Part shown: positions 1-13,576 of the stretch, piece after piece
How positions within the stretch are numbered: position 1 is the first letter of the stretch
How the letters are laid out: each line of letters starts with the position of its first letter
Assembly (NCBI GenBank): GCA_016748015.1
Contig: JAAOMT010000480.1
Span: 620,001 to 684,000 of the forward strand
Direction of reading: 5' to 3'
DNA: 64,000 nucleotides
Origin: Geosiphon pyriformis uo1
Lineage: Eukaryota; Fungi; Glomeromycota
The notes under the pieces: model-generated
Databases searched by the model: none
What the model was told of the DNA's origin: nothing
What the model saw: only the letters and a program-made list of their open reading frames with translations
Made by a program: the position numbers and the translations under genes

Positions 1-247
1 TAAATTATTTAATTTGTTATATTGTATTGAATAATAATTGTGCACTATTTATTAAAAAAAATTAATTTTATGTAAAAATATTGTGTAATTTTGGCAATAT
101 TATTAATTGTTTTTGTTTAAAATTTATTTAAATTATATTTTTATATTTATTTTTTAATTGTATTTTTTAAATAAAAACCATATTTTTTTTAATTTAATTT
201 AATTATTATTAATTATGCTTAAATTTTTTTTAATTTTATTAATTTAA

Positions 248-278
<31 letters not shown>

Positions 279-587
279 AATTATTATCATTTTAATTTTT
301 TTATGATTTTTTTAATTTATTTTATTATTGTCTTTTTATGATTTTTTTATGTTTTTATGTTATTTTTTGTTAATTTTTTTCATGTTAATTTTTTTATTTT
401 TTAAAATTTTTATATTTTAAACATTTTAAGTTTATTTATATTTTATATTATTAATAAAAAATATAAAAAACTTCTTTTTTTATCTAAAAATTTTTTAAAA
501 GCAATATCTTAAAAAAGTTTTTTGTTTTTTTTGTTTTTATTGTAAATTTAATGATTGTTTTTAATAATAACATAATAAAAAAGACAG
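1..587 (-). mobile_element. Extremely decayed remnant, probably Gypsy gag-like; host of element E4
   Basis: Almost no G/C left. A (TTA)n run at ~250-280 is compatible with a decayed poly-Gln (CAA)n tract like those in the other gag genes in the window. Confidence 0.3.
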
Positions 588-1380
588 TATTATAAATGTT
601 TTTTTGATTTATTTGGATTTTTATAACTTGGTATTTAGATTAGTAATTTTTTAATTTAAAAATATTTCGAAAATTTTTTTAAAGATTTAACTATTGGAAT
701 TTTTTGTATAATAGACAGAGATTTAATATTAATAATATATAATACTTAATATTTAACTTTTTTAATATAATAACTGGTTTATTTTAGTGTTTTTTACTTT
801 TTTTGGTGTTTTTTACTTTTTAATAAGCAATTTTAGTTTTTTAACTATATTTTACACTTTTTTTTGGTGTTTTTATCAGATAATTTTTGATATTATTATT
901 TTAATGTTTTTTTTTATTAATTAATAAACACAAAACAAAATTCATAGAATTAAAAATAAAAAAATAAAAAAATTAGTATTTTGTTAATAACTATAATTAA
1001 AAATTATTGTCTTATATTAATAAAAAAATAATTGAATTTTAACAAAATAAATATAAATTTATAAAATTTATTTTGAATGAATATAAATTTTAAATATTAA
1101 ATTATTAATTATAAAAGTTATTTGATAAGATAAATTAAACTTGTTTTTAATTTAACTTGTTTGTCTTTTTTGTTTTTAATACTTTTATTATATATATATA
1201 AATCTTTATAATACAATATTCCTAAAATTTTTACAATTTTTTTAAATTATTGCTAAAATTTTTGGTATTCCTAAAATTTTTGGCATTTTTACTAGTTTTT
1301 TTGAAATTTTTAAAATTTCTATTAGTATTTTTAAAATTCTTAATTTTATATACTTTAATAATTTATATTATTTTTTGTTT
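588..1380 (-). repeat. E4 3' LTR (family B, decayed)
   Basis: Begins TATTATAAATG (decayed TGTTACAAATG). 661-1200 matches 23930-24470 and the reverse complement of LTR-B. Right boundary approximate. Confidence 0.65.
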
Positions 1381-3415
1381 TTTATTTTTTTTTAATGTTA
1401 AAATCTAGTTAAATAAATTATTAAGTTGTCTTTTTTAATAAAATGTTTTATTTGTTGTATTATTTTTTTGTAAAATATTTTTTTGGACTTGTTATTATAC
1501 AAAGTTTAAATATTCGGTTATTATTTCAAATAATAATAATATTATGTTATTTAAAAAAAAAATTATTTGTAAAACACTAAATATAAACTTAATATTTTCT
1601 AATAAAAAAAAAGTTTAAACTTAGTTAATGAGTTACTAATAGAACTTAAACAGAACTTAAATAAATTCTTCTCTTTAATTTACAATTTTTTTTACATAGT
1701 TATCTACTTATATTTATAGTTTATTATATAAAACTATTTAAATAGGTTTTTTTAAGTGTTTTTAAAGTAAATTTTTTAGCTATTAATTATTATTTTTATG
1801 TTTAATTTTTAATTTTTTAATATTTGAAATAATTATTAAATAATTGAGTAGATATTGTTTTTAATTTCTATTTTGTTAGTTATTTTGTTATATTTTAATA
1901 ATACTTATATATTTTTTTAATTTTGTAATATATTAATTTTAATGATAATAATTGGTTTTAAATTTTATAAAACTTTATCTAATTTAATCAGTATTTTTGT
2001 GTTTTTAATTATAATATATTAGATGTTGATAATAACTTAATATAAAATAATTATAATAAATTATTATATATTGCTTAAATTAAAATTTTTTTTTCTAATT
2101 ATAATTTATATGTTTTATTTTCAAGTATTTTTTCAATATAAAAAATTTATTTTACTTTATTGTTTTTTTGCTTTAATATAATATAATAATACTGTTTTTA
2201 ATCTTAAATTTAACTAGTTTGTTTAATAACTAATTATTATGTCTTTTTTTTGTTTTTTGTAATACTTTAATGTTATTAACTGTTTTTTTGTTTTTTAATG
2301 TTTTTATTAAGTTATATATTTGTTTTAATAATGTTTTTTAAAATATAATTTTTGTTATAAAAATAATATAATTAATAGAAATAATATTTTTTTGATTAGT
2401 AATTTTTTTGCCATATTAACAAAAATATTAATTTTTTTTTGTTTTTACTAAATTAATAAGATTATTTTAATCAAAGATAAAAATATAATTTGTGTTATTT
2501 TTACTAAACTATTTGAATTTCTGCTCTTTTAATAAATTAAAAAATATAATATATTGTTTGGTTTTGTAAATAGTATTTGAATTTTTGTTAGATTTAAAAA
2601 TAAAATTTAAATTAAATTACATTTTAATTCTAATTTTTTGGTTTTATTAATTAGTTTATTAATCTTAAAAATTTAATAAATAATATATAATAATAAATTG
2701 TAAATAAAAACACAATTATTACAATATTTAAAATAACATAAAATAAAACAATATTTATAAAATTGATCATTAAAACTAATGTCTTTGTTTTTGTTTTTTT
2801 GGTTAATATTAGTAATTAATAGTATTTATTAAATTTTACTAAATTATTAAACAGAATAAAAGATAAATCTTATATAAAAACTTTAACAAATTATGTTTTA
2901 ATAATATAAAGTTTTTTAATTATAATATTATTTTATTTTAATTAATATTTTTTAAATTTCTTTATTATATAAATAATCTTTTAAATATAAAAAATATAAT
3001 TGTAAATAGCTTGTATTAAAATATTTTATATACTTAGTTTTTTATAAAAAATATGTATTATTATAACTAATATAAAATGTGTTTTTTGTTGTTTAAATTT
3101 ATTAAAATATTTTAAAATATATAAATAACAATAAAACTTTATAAAAATTTGGTATTTTTTATTATTATCATAATATATATTTATATATATAAATTTTTTT
3201 TATAATTAATACAAATAAGTTTTAAGTATTTATATTTGAATTTTTTAAAAATATTATGTATTTAATTATTAGAAATTGTATTTTTTATTATTATTAATAA
3301 TTAACAAGTACAATTTAACTATTATCTAAGAATATAAAATCAAATAAGATTCTAAATTAAATATAGCTTATGCTTTTCTATATTTAATCAGCTACTTAAA
3401 TCAATTAAGGTAGTA

Positions 3416-6400
3416 CTATATATCTAAATTACTCACTATAGAAATATTATATAAAAAACTAAAATTTAATTTAGATAAACAAAAATGCAATTCAAAGTAA
3501 ATATGAATATTTAATTTAATACTAAAACTATAAACTACTTCAAAAAACCACAAAAATAACAAACCAAATACCAAAAAACAACAGATTTGTCATATGGCAA
3601 GAGATTATGTTTTTTGTAAAAAAATTACAACTTAGTTACTGGCAGCCAAACAGCAGATTTGTGATTTTTGGCAAAACCACAAACCAATTTGACAACTATT
3701 ACACTATTATTAGACCTAATACCAATACAACATATTATATTAACCACTCAATTCTTCAAAACAAAGTTTTTAGCCAGCACTGTATATAAATTAATAAAAA
3801 ATTTAGCTTTGTACAGAGATTAACAACCATACTTTTTTTAGTAAAGGCATTCAATAATCTATTTTATTCTAAAATAGTAGTTAACAACAATTTTTTTCTG
3901 GTGCTGTTATTATATGCACATAAGAAAGTATGATCAAAATTCTTTAACAACCTATATCAAATCTAATTTACACTTGAATATTTTGGATTATACAATTTTT
4001 TTCTTTTAGCTACCAGCAGCCAGCAGTACAGCACTTTTATAAAATAAAATTGAAGTACTATTGATAATAAACTGGTATACTCTAAATGAATTTTGCTATT
4101 TGGATGCCAAACACTAAAAGTTTTAGCCATATTAAAACCACTACCAATGCTCATATTTATAACACTAACAGCATATTTGAACTTCCATCCAACAAAATTA
4201 ACTATATTAAACAAACTTCTAACAAAGTAACAAGTATTTTTAGAAATTGGTCTGTCTTTAATATTAAGAAAATAATATGACATTCTAAAAAGTAACATAA
4301 ATCCAGAAACAGTTGCAACATTAGTGTAAAAATTAGCACATTTATTTTCAACATCACCAGAATAACTTTTAACCTTTCTCCAGATAACCAACAAATTTTT
4401 CTTTAAAATAACTTAATGGACATACTTTCTCTTGATTCAGTCTTTATTGTAAAAATCAGGACCAGACACATTTTTGTCATAATTGTACATATTCAGTGAA
4501 GCTTGGCTGTTTGTGAACAAAGTAACAAAGCTAAAAACTTATATGTAGTTTAACTCAAAAGCAATAGCCTGCAGTTTTACCAAAATTAATAGCAACAAAC
4601 CATTTATTTTTATTTCAACATTTGTGTTAATATTTGAAAAATAAGCAGTAATACTACTATAAACATTAATTAAACCCAAACTCTTAACAGAACTATTTAT
4701 GTAAACTTTCACAAAACTTAGATTAGAATTCAATAAATATTTACAAACATAACTAAAGTCAAGAAAGCAGGCAGAAAGAGTGAAATAAAAAGCCAAAATT
4801 TTTTTATTTATCAAACCATCTTTTTTAATAAACTTGATTAATAAATTGAATTAGACAGGAATTAAATCTCTAAGATCTATTTTTTTCTACCTGCAAAAAT
4901 TGTTCTATGTAAAACATATACCACAATAGTCTAAAAATTGGTTTGCAAAAATAACAGCATACTTTCTAAGAGACTCTAACATGTTTAAATAGCTATTCAA
5001 GCTTAATACATCCAAAACTGCAATGCTATTTTTAGCCCAAAAAACATCAGACAAATTACCACATAAAAACAGGTTGCATAAACAAGGAAACATATTGTAC
5101 TTACCAGAAAACAATTCATAGAATTAATTGACAGCTTAACTAAAACTTAGAAAGAATGTTGAAACATCTAGCTAGTAATTTGTAGATCTATTGTTCTATG
5201 TTAAAATAAACTGCCAAGAATTTCATCAACATTGGCAAAATTAATCAAATTAGCCATTAAATTCTTAATTAGCACTTGTTCAAAGTTTTCAGACCATATA
5301 ATTTAGAATGATACAATGCCTTATTCAGAAAATTCTTAGACAGATTAGTCTTAAGCTTTAATCTTTTCTCAATATTTTGTTTCATTTTTTATATATACTC
5401 TTTAAAACACAACTGAACTACAACCTATAACTAATAATTGGTTGCAAAACAATAAAAACCAAATACAAAAACTGCTTTTTAGTAATAATTTTTTTCAGAA
5501 GTATATTTGAAAAAACTTAACATCTGAATAAGCTTTAATTAAACTTAATTTAAACAGACTATTAGTTAATAAAAAAATTTCCAAATATTTAAAAAACTTA
5601 CTTTTTTTGGTCACTAAAATTTCTGAATTACTTATAAACAGTAAGACTTCTCTGACTCTTTGATTAATAGAAATGGCTATCATTTTATTTGTATTAATTG
5701 AAATATTATTAATAAAAAAAATTTATTTGCAATATTTAAAATATTTTGTGCAGCCATTATGTAATTTTCAACCCAAATAGTATTATTAACAAAAATACCT
5801 ACAGCAAAAAAAGAAGTCTTGTTAACTCTAGAATCAATCTTACTAGTTTTTATAAAAAACTTTAAACTTATCTTGTAACTAAACAATTGTTTATGTTTTT
5901 TAATATTATAGAGTAAAGAGTCATAAAAAGTACTTCACAACAGTGGTAAAAAAACTTTTTTTTGATTCAAACTATCATAAACAATGTACTTTTTAATAAG
6001 TTCAAAGTCTATTATAATCTAATTGACCCAATTATTATGTATATTTTCAAAAAACTTGACAAAGTAAGAACACATCTTGATTCTAATCAAACAACTACAC
6101 AAATAAAACCACCCAACAGAATCATATGTCTTGTGCATATTTTTAAGAACCAACTACAGTTTTCTGTTTTTTTTCAAAGCATTTTCGACTAATAAATCAA
6201 TAGCAAAGATTGAAATCTAAGTTGACATGTTTTTTAAAACTGAAAAGTTATTACTACACAAAATGTTAAATTTACTACAAGCCAGAGAAATTCTATTTGA
6301 GAGAATCTTAAACAAAACTTTATAAACTGTTTTAATCAAAGCTATCAGTTTAATATTAGTAAGAATTTTTTCTCAATTATACAATTTTAATATTATAGAA

Positions 6401-8097
6401 ACCTAGGCCTTTTTTTATTGTATAAAAATTGTATTTTATACCAAAAATACATTGAAATTATTCAACAGATCACCTAAAATTTGCATCTTACTATGTTTTT
6501 AAAGTTTATTAGAAATATTAAAAAGTTCAGCAGTTTTTTCATTAAGTAGATTCTTAACCATTTGTAAAAATTTATTAAACTTAATACTGTATATAATTTT
6601 TAAAAAAGCATCATTATTGATATAATTTAGAGAAACATATTGACTAAACCAACAATTAAACAAAACATTAGGCACTATGTATTTTCTGGTCTATTTTTTC
6701 ATAATTATATCAACTATAAATTTAACCTTATGTAAATCTAGAACCAATTTGTTATTAACAATTAAGTAATTAAGCACCATCTTTTGAAATAACTAATCCA
6801 AAACACTCTTAATTATTCTTTCCTTATTAAAACAGAAATTTTTCATGTATCTATTAATAGTCTTTCTAATAAAATTATTTCTGACAACTTTAAATTCATA
6901 ATACTTGAATTTATAATACTTTTTCTTGACTTTTGACAAATAATACAGAATTTTTTCTAACTTATTACTATTATTGAACATAATATATACTTTAAAGACT
7001 TCATTCTTATTAGTAATAGCCCAAACATTAACATAGTAATTAGTATTTGATCTCTAATTTGAATTTAACTCTTTAATAATTTTGACTATTAACAATTCCA
7101 ATTTGAAAAACTTAAAAAAAAGCTTATTCTTTAAACAATTAAATTCATTAAACCAAAGCTTAAAAAAAATTTCATCAACAGAATTTACTACTATCTCTTT
7201 TAAACTTTTCTATATTGTATCCAAATTACCACAATTTTTGTATTATTAAATCTTGGCTTATTATTCATAAATTTGTTCAATAAGTACTTTCTGAACTGTA
7301 ACTATTTACTGAAATTGACATCTTTGATTTTGAATTTCTATTTGTTTTTATTAGCCTGTTTGTGTATATTATTAAGATAAATGTTTAAAAGGTTATTCAA
7401 GCCAACTGTAACTGAAACTGCTTTGTAATTTATGTCAAAAAACTCAGACATCATATTAATTTTGCAATTTGTAGTCACAAAAACCAGATTTTAATTAACA
7501 AAAATGAAGTTAATAACTTTTTTGACACTTTTAAAATTGCTCTAAATAAGAATCTTGACTAATAAATATTAATTAAATAAGTTGATCAAATCCAAATTCT
7601 TGTAAAATCTAAAACTTGCACTTTTTTTTAATCTATTTTCATTAAAATTTTCACCCAATACCATAAAAATACTGAAATTAACTGTCTTAACAATAAGAAA
7701 GTTAACTTCTAATGCCTGATCAAATTTAGTTTTAGCAGAAGTATTATAATACAAACCTAAGATCATAACTAACAATTTTTTTTTGAATAAAAGTCTTATT
7801 ACAATAATTTGACCAGAAACTTTCTTCATCTTTACAGTATGTTAAGCCAAGAAATTATTCATAATAATGGCCACCTCAGCACCAAAAAAAACTTTTGTCC
7901 AATTTAGATGTAAAAATTTGCATTTCTCTAAATTTGTTTATAATTCAGGACCTAATACTAAATTTCAACTTTGTTTCTATAATAATTAAAATCATATTAC
8001 TTGAATTTATATGTTAATATACAATATTTTTTTGTTTAGCTAGAATGTTGATGTTATAAACATTGCATGTAGCAAATTTTCATACCAAATCATTTAT
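3416..8097 (-). pseudogene. LINE A ORF2 (AP endonuclease, reverse transcriptase, RNase H), many stops
   Basis: Fragments 7569-7829 (APE, G(E)NFNE), 6793-6981, 5680-5886 (RT), 4539-4814 (RNase H, KLQAI) and 3963-4394 are colinear with LINE C ORF2. Confidence 0.85.
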
Positions 8098-9980
8098 TGA
8101 ATAAAAAAGTTCACAAAAAAAATTGATTTAACATATAACCAATCCAATCTTTCTAAAACCAAATTGACAAAAACTTTGAGAGCTACTATTTTAAACTCCA
8201 ATCCACCTACTTTAGTGGTTAGAATTTTTAATTTGCTAAAGCCCAAATCTGAAACTATACTGTTTACAAATAAAAAAAAAAAGACAAGTAATTTGAATAA
8301 GTTCATTAAAATTATACCCAAATTTGATTTTACATTCACAAAAACAGACATGTTAAAAAAAAGAAACTAAGATACAAACACCAGAGGCAATAAATCTATA
8401 TTGGTTAACTTTCACACAATACTTGATACTTGATCAGCCAAAAATTCTAAAAAACATTTTAAAAAAACTAGATGGGCATCAATTAACAAATTATTTTGAA
8501 GAATAGATACACTTTCTTATTGTGCAAAGTGCAAGAAAAAAAAAAGCCAAGACTAGAACCAAAACAGATATCTTCAGAAAAAACAACAAGTAAAATCACT
8601 TGAGCTCATAATTTGCCACCAAAAACAGCAGAATAGAAGATAGAAACACTTTACTTAACATATAACCTTGCTAACTAAAGATAATTTTCATCTAAAACAA
8701 CCCTTTTAAATGTTTTTAAAGACTTAAAAATAGATGCAATTGGTGTATTATACTCTAAAACAGAATGTTTAAAGCATCCATACTTCTTACAACAAACTAA
8801 ATTTATTTTAGTCCAAAAATGCTTTATCCTATTAAAGATCAGCTCTGTGCAAAAAGCAGATTCAAGTTTCTTTTTTAATTCAAAGCCAATTATAGCATAG
8901 TAGACTTTATTATCAGATTCAAGTAAATAATTAATAATACAAGTTTTCCTACCAGCTCTTTCCAATAAAGTGTCTAGATTATAAGTCATTATTTTTACTA
9001 ACAGAATAAACAAAAGCATCTTAAAACAATTTTTAAATATCTAAACATTACAATTTCCATAGCTTTGGCTATATGCACAGAATTTTTTTGATTAAGAATA
9101 ACTACTTTGTTATTAACTGATCAACTTAACCTAATTTAGCAAATTCTATTATAGTTTTTTGCCATATTCCAATAAGTTGAACTTTGATTAACAATTTAAC
9201 CATACTTAATAACTGCAACAACAATCATTTTCTTTAACATATTTATAAAAATTTTCTTAATTACTATAGCCCAATCTGATCTAATTTCCTGTCTTTTAAG
9301 ATTATTGTTTGCTATAATGCTCTTTTTTTTGGCCAATAATATGATCTTTTTTATGTTTTTCTCTAAAGTAAAAGTAAATTTGATGATTTTTTTAAATTTT
9401 GAGAAAATAGTGGCCTTTTTAAAACTATTGATTGTTGAAAATAATTTTCTGATTAACTAAGTTTTTGCAATTACCAATTTGTCTTCCACAGTTAAAAGAT
9501 TAATATCTAATGCAAAAAATTTTCTAACTGCCACTTTAACCTAATTTTTGACTATTTTTGAATCAATTTATTTTTTGTTAAAAGAGATAGGTAGGCAGAA
9601 AGAGAGAGAAATCTCATTTTTATCATTCATATTAAAGACCAGAAAGCCAATAAGAGAACTAATTACAGCACTAATATCAACTCTTTTTGCTTTAAGTATA
9701 TTTAATTTAGAATCTGACTGAATTTTATTCTTACTACTAGTATTATTATTTGTATTCATATCAGCAAATTGGCCAGCAACTTTCTCTGAATTTCCAAAAC
9801 TTAAATTTGTTTTATTATTCAAATGCTTAATATTATCAAGTATTAACTTCTGCTTTTAAGCCAAGTTCTCACTAATAGAACTTAAAACTACAATTCTGGC
9901 TGACTTTTTTTTAACATTAGAACTACTTATAATAGTAACTAGTTTGACAACAAACAGGTTTGGTATTTAAAAAATAGATA
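8094..9980 (-). pseudogene. LINE A ORF1 (nucleic-acid-binding protein), disrupted
   Basis: ORF fragments 8094-8351, 8675-9019 and 9568-9822 are homologous to LINE B and C ORF1 pieces (LLFTL...GRKTC.I; IKKI..D). Start approximate. Confidence 0.7.
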
Positions 9981-10997
9981 AATATGTAATAATAAAACAG
10001 ATAAAACTTTTTTCAAAATTCTGAACTCTTTTTTGGGAATTAAGATAAAGAAAAAAAAGAAGTTTTTATTTTTTTGGCTAAATAAAATATATATTAAAAT
10101 ATTTATTTGTGATTTTTTTTTCTTAGATTAATATAATAAAAATTTAGTATTGAAATTATCAATTTAGAAAATTTAATAAGTTTTTAAAATAGATTTTTTT
10201 TTAGTTTAATTAAAAAATTTTTAAAGTTAATACTCTTAAAATAATTACAAATTACTAATATATATATATAATATCTTTAATAGCTTAATTAAAGTTTTTA
10301 AATATTTTAATTAAGTATTATATTAGTCTTAAATAGTTAATTATTATTAATATTATATAATTTTTATAATAAAAACTTTAATAAATATTATAACTATTAA
10401 TTTTTAATAAAAAGTTATTAATTTTACTAATCAAAGTTTTAATAATTTTATTAGTAATAATAATATATATATTTACAATATAATTAATTTAATAACTTAA
10501 TTAGTTTATAAGTTGTTTTGTAATAATATTGTTTATTAAACTACTATTAAAAATAAACTTGATAAGTTAGTTATTAATTTTAATATTAATGTATATAATA
10601 ATAATAAATTGATAGTAATTTTATTAAAAAAAGCTGTTTTATTTTTATTTTTTAATTTAAATAAAAAAATAACAGTAAAAGTACTGTTTTTAATAATAAT
10701 TATAAGTAAAATAATATTGTTATTATTATAAAATTGTTGGTTTTTAATTATAATAAAAAAACTTAAATAGTTCTAAAAATTTAAAAATTAAAACTACATA
10801 TTTTTTAAATTTTTAGCATAGTTTACTGATTATAAGTTAGTAGTATTAAAAAATTAACTAATAAGTAATTATTACTAATTATTAGTTTTGCTAAATAATT
10901 TTGGTCTTGGATTTTTAAATTGAACCAAAAATTATGATTGTGGTTATAATTATAATATTAGTTTTTATATTATAGTTAATAAACAATTTGTAACTGT

Positions 10998-11854
10998 TGT
11001 TATTAGAAATTTTTCTATTTTTTTTGTTCTTATTAATGCTATTTTGTTGTTAAATTTGTTGTTTCTAGAAACTAATAATTTTTAATAAGCTAATTTATCT
11101 ATTAAAATATTTTTTATACTTTGGAATATATATGCTATTGGATTTATAATAATATATAATTATTTTATAGTAAAAGTTAACTTTTTTACAATTATAATCT
11201 ATTTAATAATATAAAAAAAATTAAAATTTATAAAAAACAAAATAATAAGTTTAAAAAGATTATTTCAAATTCAGATCTAAAAATATTAATAGTTACTAAA
11301 ATTAATAACCAATTAATTTCAAAATATTTGTTTTAATAAATAAATTTAAAACAATAATATTTAAGAGTTTTTGAATTTTCAAGATAATTTTATTAAATTA
11401 ATTTGTAGTAACTAATTAATTTCTTTGGTAAAAATAAGATTCTGAATTAAAATTAATATATTTTTTCAAAAAAAAGCTTTTTTTTATACAACTTATTATA
11501 GTACTATTTTATAATTTATTATTATTATTATTTTAATATTTTAATAAACTAAAAATGTATTTTGTTAAACTACAAGTTATTTCTGTAAACTATAAATTAT
11601 TTTGGTAAACTGTTAGATATTTTGTCAAATTTTAAGAATTTTGACTATTATATATTTTAATATATTATATAATTTAATTATTATAATTTAGTTTTATATA
11701 TATTTTATAAAAATTAAGTTATTAATTGGATAAAAATTTGAATAATTTAATGGAATAATAATTAATAATTTAAAACAATAATATGTACTAAATAATAATA
11801 AAATTATAAAAATAATTTCATGCTAATTAATAATTTAAATTTTTATTGATAATA
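10998..11854 (-). repeat. E3 3' LTR (family A)
   Basis: Starts TGTTATTAG and ends TTGATAATA. Colinear with 46076-47048, but shorter because it lacks one copy of the internal duplication. Confidence 0.8.
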
Positions 11855-12535
11855 TAATTTTTTTCTTAAGATTAAACTTTATTAAAATCCAAGTATTGTC
11901 TGTAATTTTCAGATAGTAATCCAAAATTATTAAAGTAATTTAGTCTGAAAATTGTTAAAATTTTAGTTTTGTAAGCTTTTCAATGTATTAAATTTTCAAA
12001 AATTGCAAAATTGGATTTTGTAAGATGTTTTTACAAGTATAAAATAAATTATAAAGTCTAAAAACTGTTCTAATTTTGTAATAAGTATTTATTAGTTTAG
12101 CTGTTGTTTTGAATTTATTGTGGTCTTTAGATGATTTTTAGTATAAAATTTATTGTTTTAAGTTTTAATTTTCTTTTGCAAAAAAATTTTTATTATAAAA
12201 ATATCTATAAATTAAAGAATATTTATTGTTTTATTTGTTAAAACACTGTTAAAATTTTTGTTAAATTGTAGTATTTGGTAAAATGTTAATAAAAACAAAC
12301 AGCAAATTTTTTTTAAAGCTTGCTTTAAAAGTTTTAATAAGTAAATTTCAAAATAACTTCTTATTTTTTTATAAAAATAATAATTTCATATATTTGTTTT
12401 TAAAATTGTAATATATTTTGTTTAAATATAATTAATTTGGTTTTTAGTAATTGTTATAAATAATTCAGGAAATAATTTAAAGTTATATTAATTTCTAAAA
12501 TAATTATTAAATGTTTTAGGAAATAATTATTATAA
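11855..12535 (-). pseudogene. E3 accessory 3' ORF remnant
   Basis: Nucleotide-colinear with E1 47049-47737 (for example GTCTGAAAATTGTTAAAATTT and AATTGGATTTTGTAAGATG). Confidence 0.7.
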
Positions 12536-13380
12536 AAGCTAATTTAAATGTAAAAAAATTGAATTATTTTTGGTATATAGAGTTTTTATATTATTTTGCT
12601 TTGGTAATTTTTGTGTTTTCTTGATTTTTTTTTGTGCAACTGTTTTTATTAAAATATAAAAAATAAATGTAAAGTAATTTTTAATGTTTTAAATATTTAG
12701 ATTTGAATGTTATTTAATAATAATTATTGGTTCTAAGTTTTAGAAAATATTTTTAAATTAATTAAAAAAAATTGTGTATTAATTTATAAAATTAAAAATT
12801 AATTTTTAAATTATAGTGTTTAAGTCTGTTATTATGTGTAACTTTCTTTAAATCTTTATTATTAAGTCTTAACTTATAAGATCAATTTCTAAAAAATTTG
12901 TGTATATGAAATTTTTTATCTTATTTATAATAAAATTTTTTATTCTATTGTTTTTTAGTCTTAATTTTGTATAATAAAACTTTATTTTTAACATTAAATT
13001 TATTGATAACAGATGACAATTTGTTGTTATATCATTTTTTTGTTAAATTTAAAAGTATTTTATATAAGTAATTATAATTTATTGTTTTTTTTAGTATATT
13101 GAAAAGTAGATAAGCTTTTTATTAAAGTGTTTTTTATAAGTTTTTTTTTGTAATCAGTTGTACTAAATATGTTTTTATTGTAAAATTAATTGGTAATATT
13201 GCTGTTTTTTTATAAATCAGATTAAATAATATATATTTTATTGTATTTTGTTTTAATGTTTTATGTATTAATAATATTAATAAAATAAAAATATTTTATT
13301 TTTGTTGAGACTTTGGTTAATGATTTACAAAGTATTTTATTAAAATATTTTACAAGTTTATTTGTTTATAAATAATAAAA

Positions 13381-13576
13381 TCTGAATAGTATCATTGAGA
13401 GAATTCGTGGGTTGGGATTATTCCCACCTACTTTTGATTCAGCGTAGTGAGTCCTTGATTGGGCCGATTGTCTGATCACGTGTAGAAAATGCATGATTTA
13501 CGCCTATAATGTAATCCCTTATGTGGTATCATAGTTTTAGGTGGTATTTGGGTCTCACTCGTTAAAATATAATAAA
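13381..13576 (+). mobile_element. Young 5'-truncated LINE (last ~21 codons of ORF2, 3' UTR, A-rich tail)
   Basis: GC-rich island with intact CpGs. Reads LNSIIERIRGLGLFPPTFDSA* followed by a 3' UTR homologous to LINE A/B/C. 11-bp TSD AAATAATAAAA at 13370-13380 and 13577-13587. Confidence 0.85.

Larger units (their letters stand above)
3282..10050 (-). mobile_element. LINE A: near full-length non-LTR retrotransposon (ORF1 + APE-RT-RNase H-CCHC ORF2), decayed
   Basis: A-rich tail at ~3282-3300 and a 3' UTR shared with the other LINEs. APE start (W)KFATCNV at ~8060-8090, RT motif FVNNTIW (decayed FVDDTIW) in ORF 5680-5886, RNase H remnants in ORF 4539-4814. A 5' motif AATTCCCAAAAAAGAGT is also found near 63975-63993. 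Confidence 0.9.

Noticed and set aside
1-3280. Organelle or endosymbiont DNA, or an alternative genetic code (TGA/TAA read-through)
   Set aside because: The sequence aligns by eye to nuclear LTR elements in the window. Stops fall at Trp, Gln and Arg codons inconsistently between copies, as expected from C>T/G>A mutation rather than recoding.
13471-13500. Hammerhead ribozyme (CTGATCA…GAAA)
   Set aside because: The core needs CUGANGA. Here the conserved G is C, and no stem II can form before GAAA.
13381-13576. tRNA-derived SINE or ncRNA gene
   Set aside because: No A/B boxes or cloverleaf. The 5' part reads as an ORF2 C-terminus whose stop aligns with those of the other LINEs.
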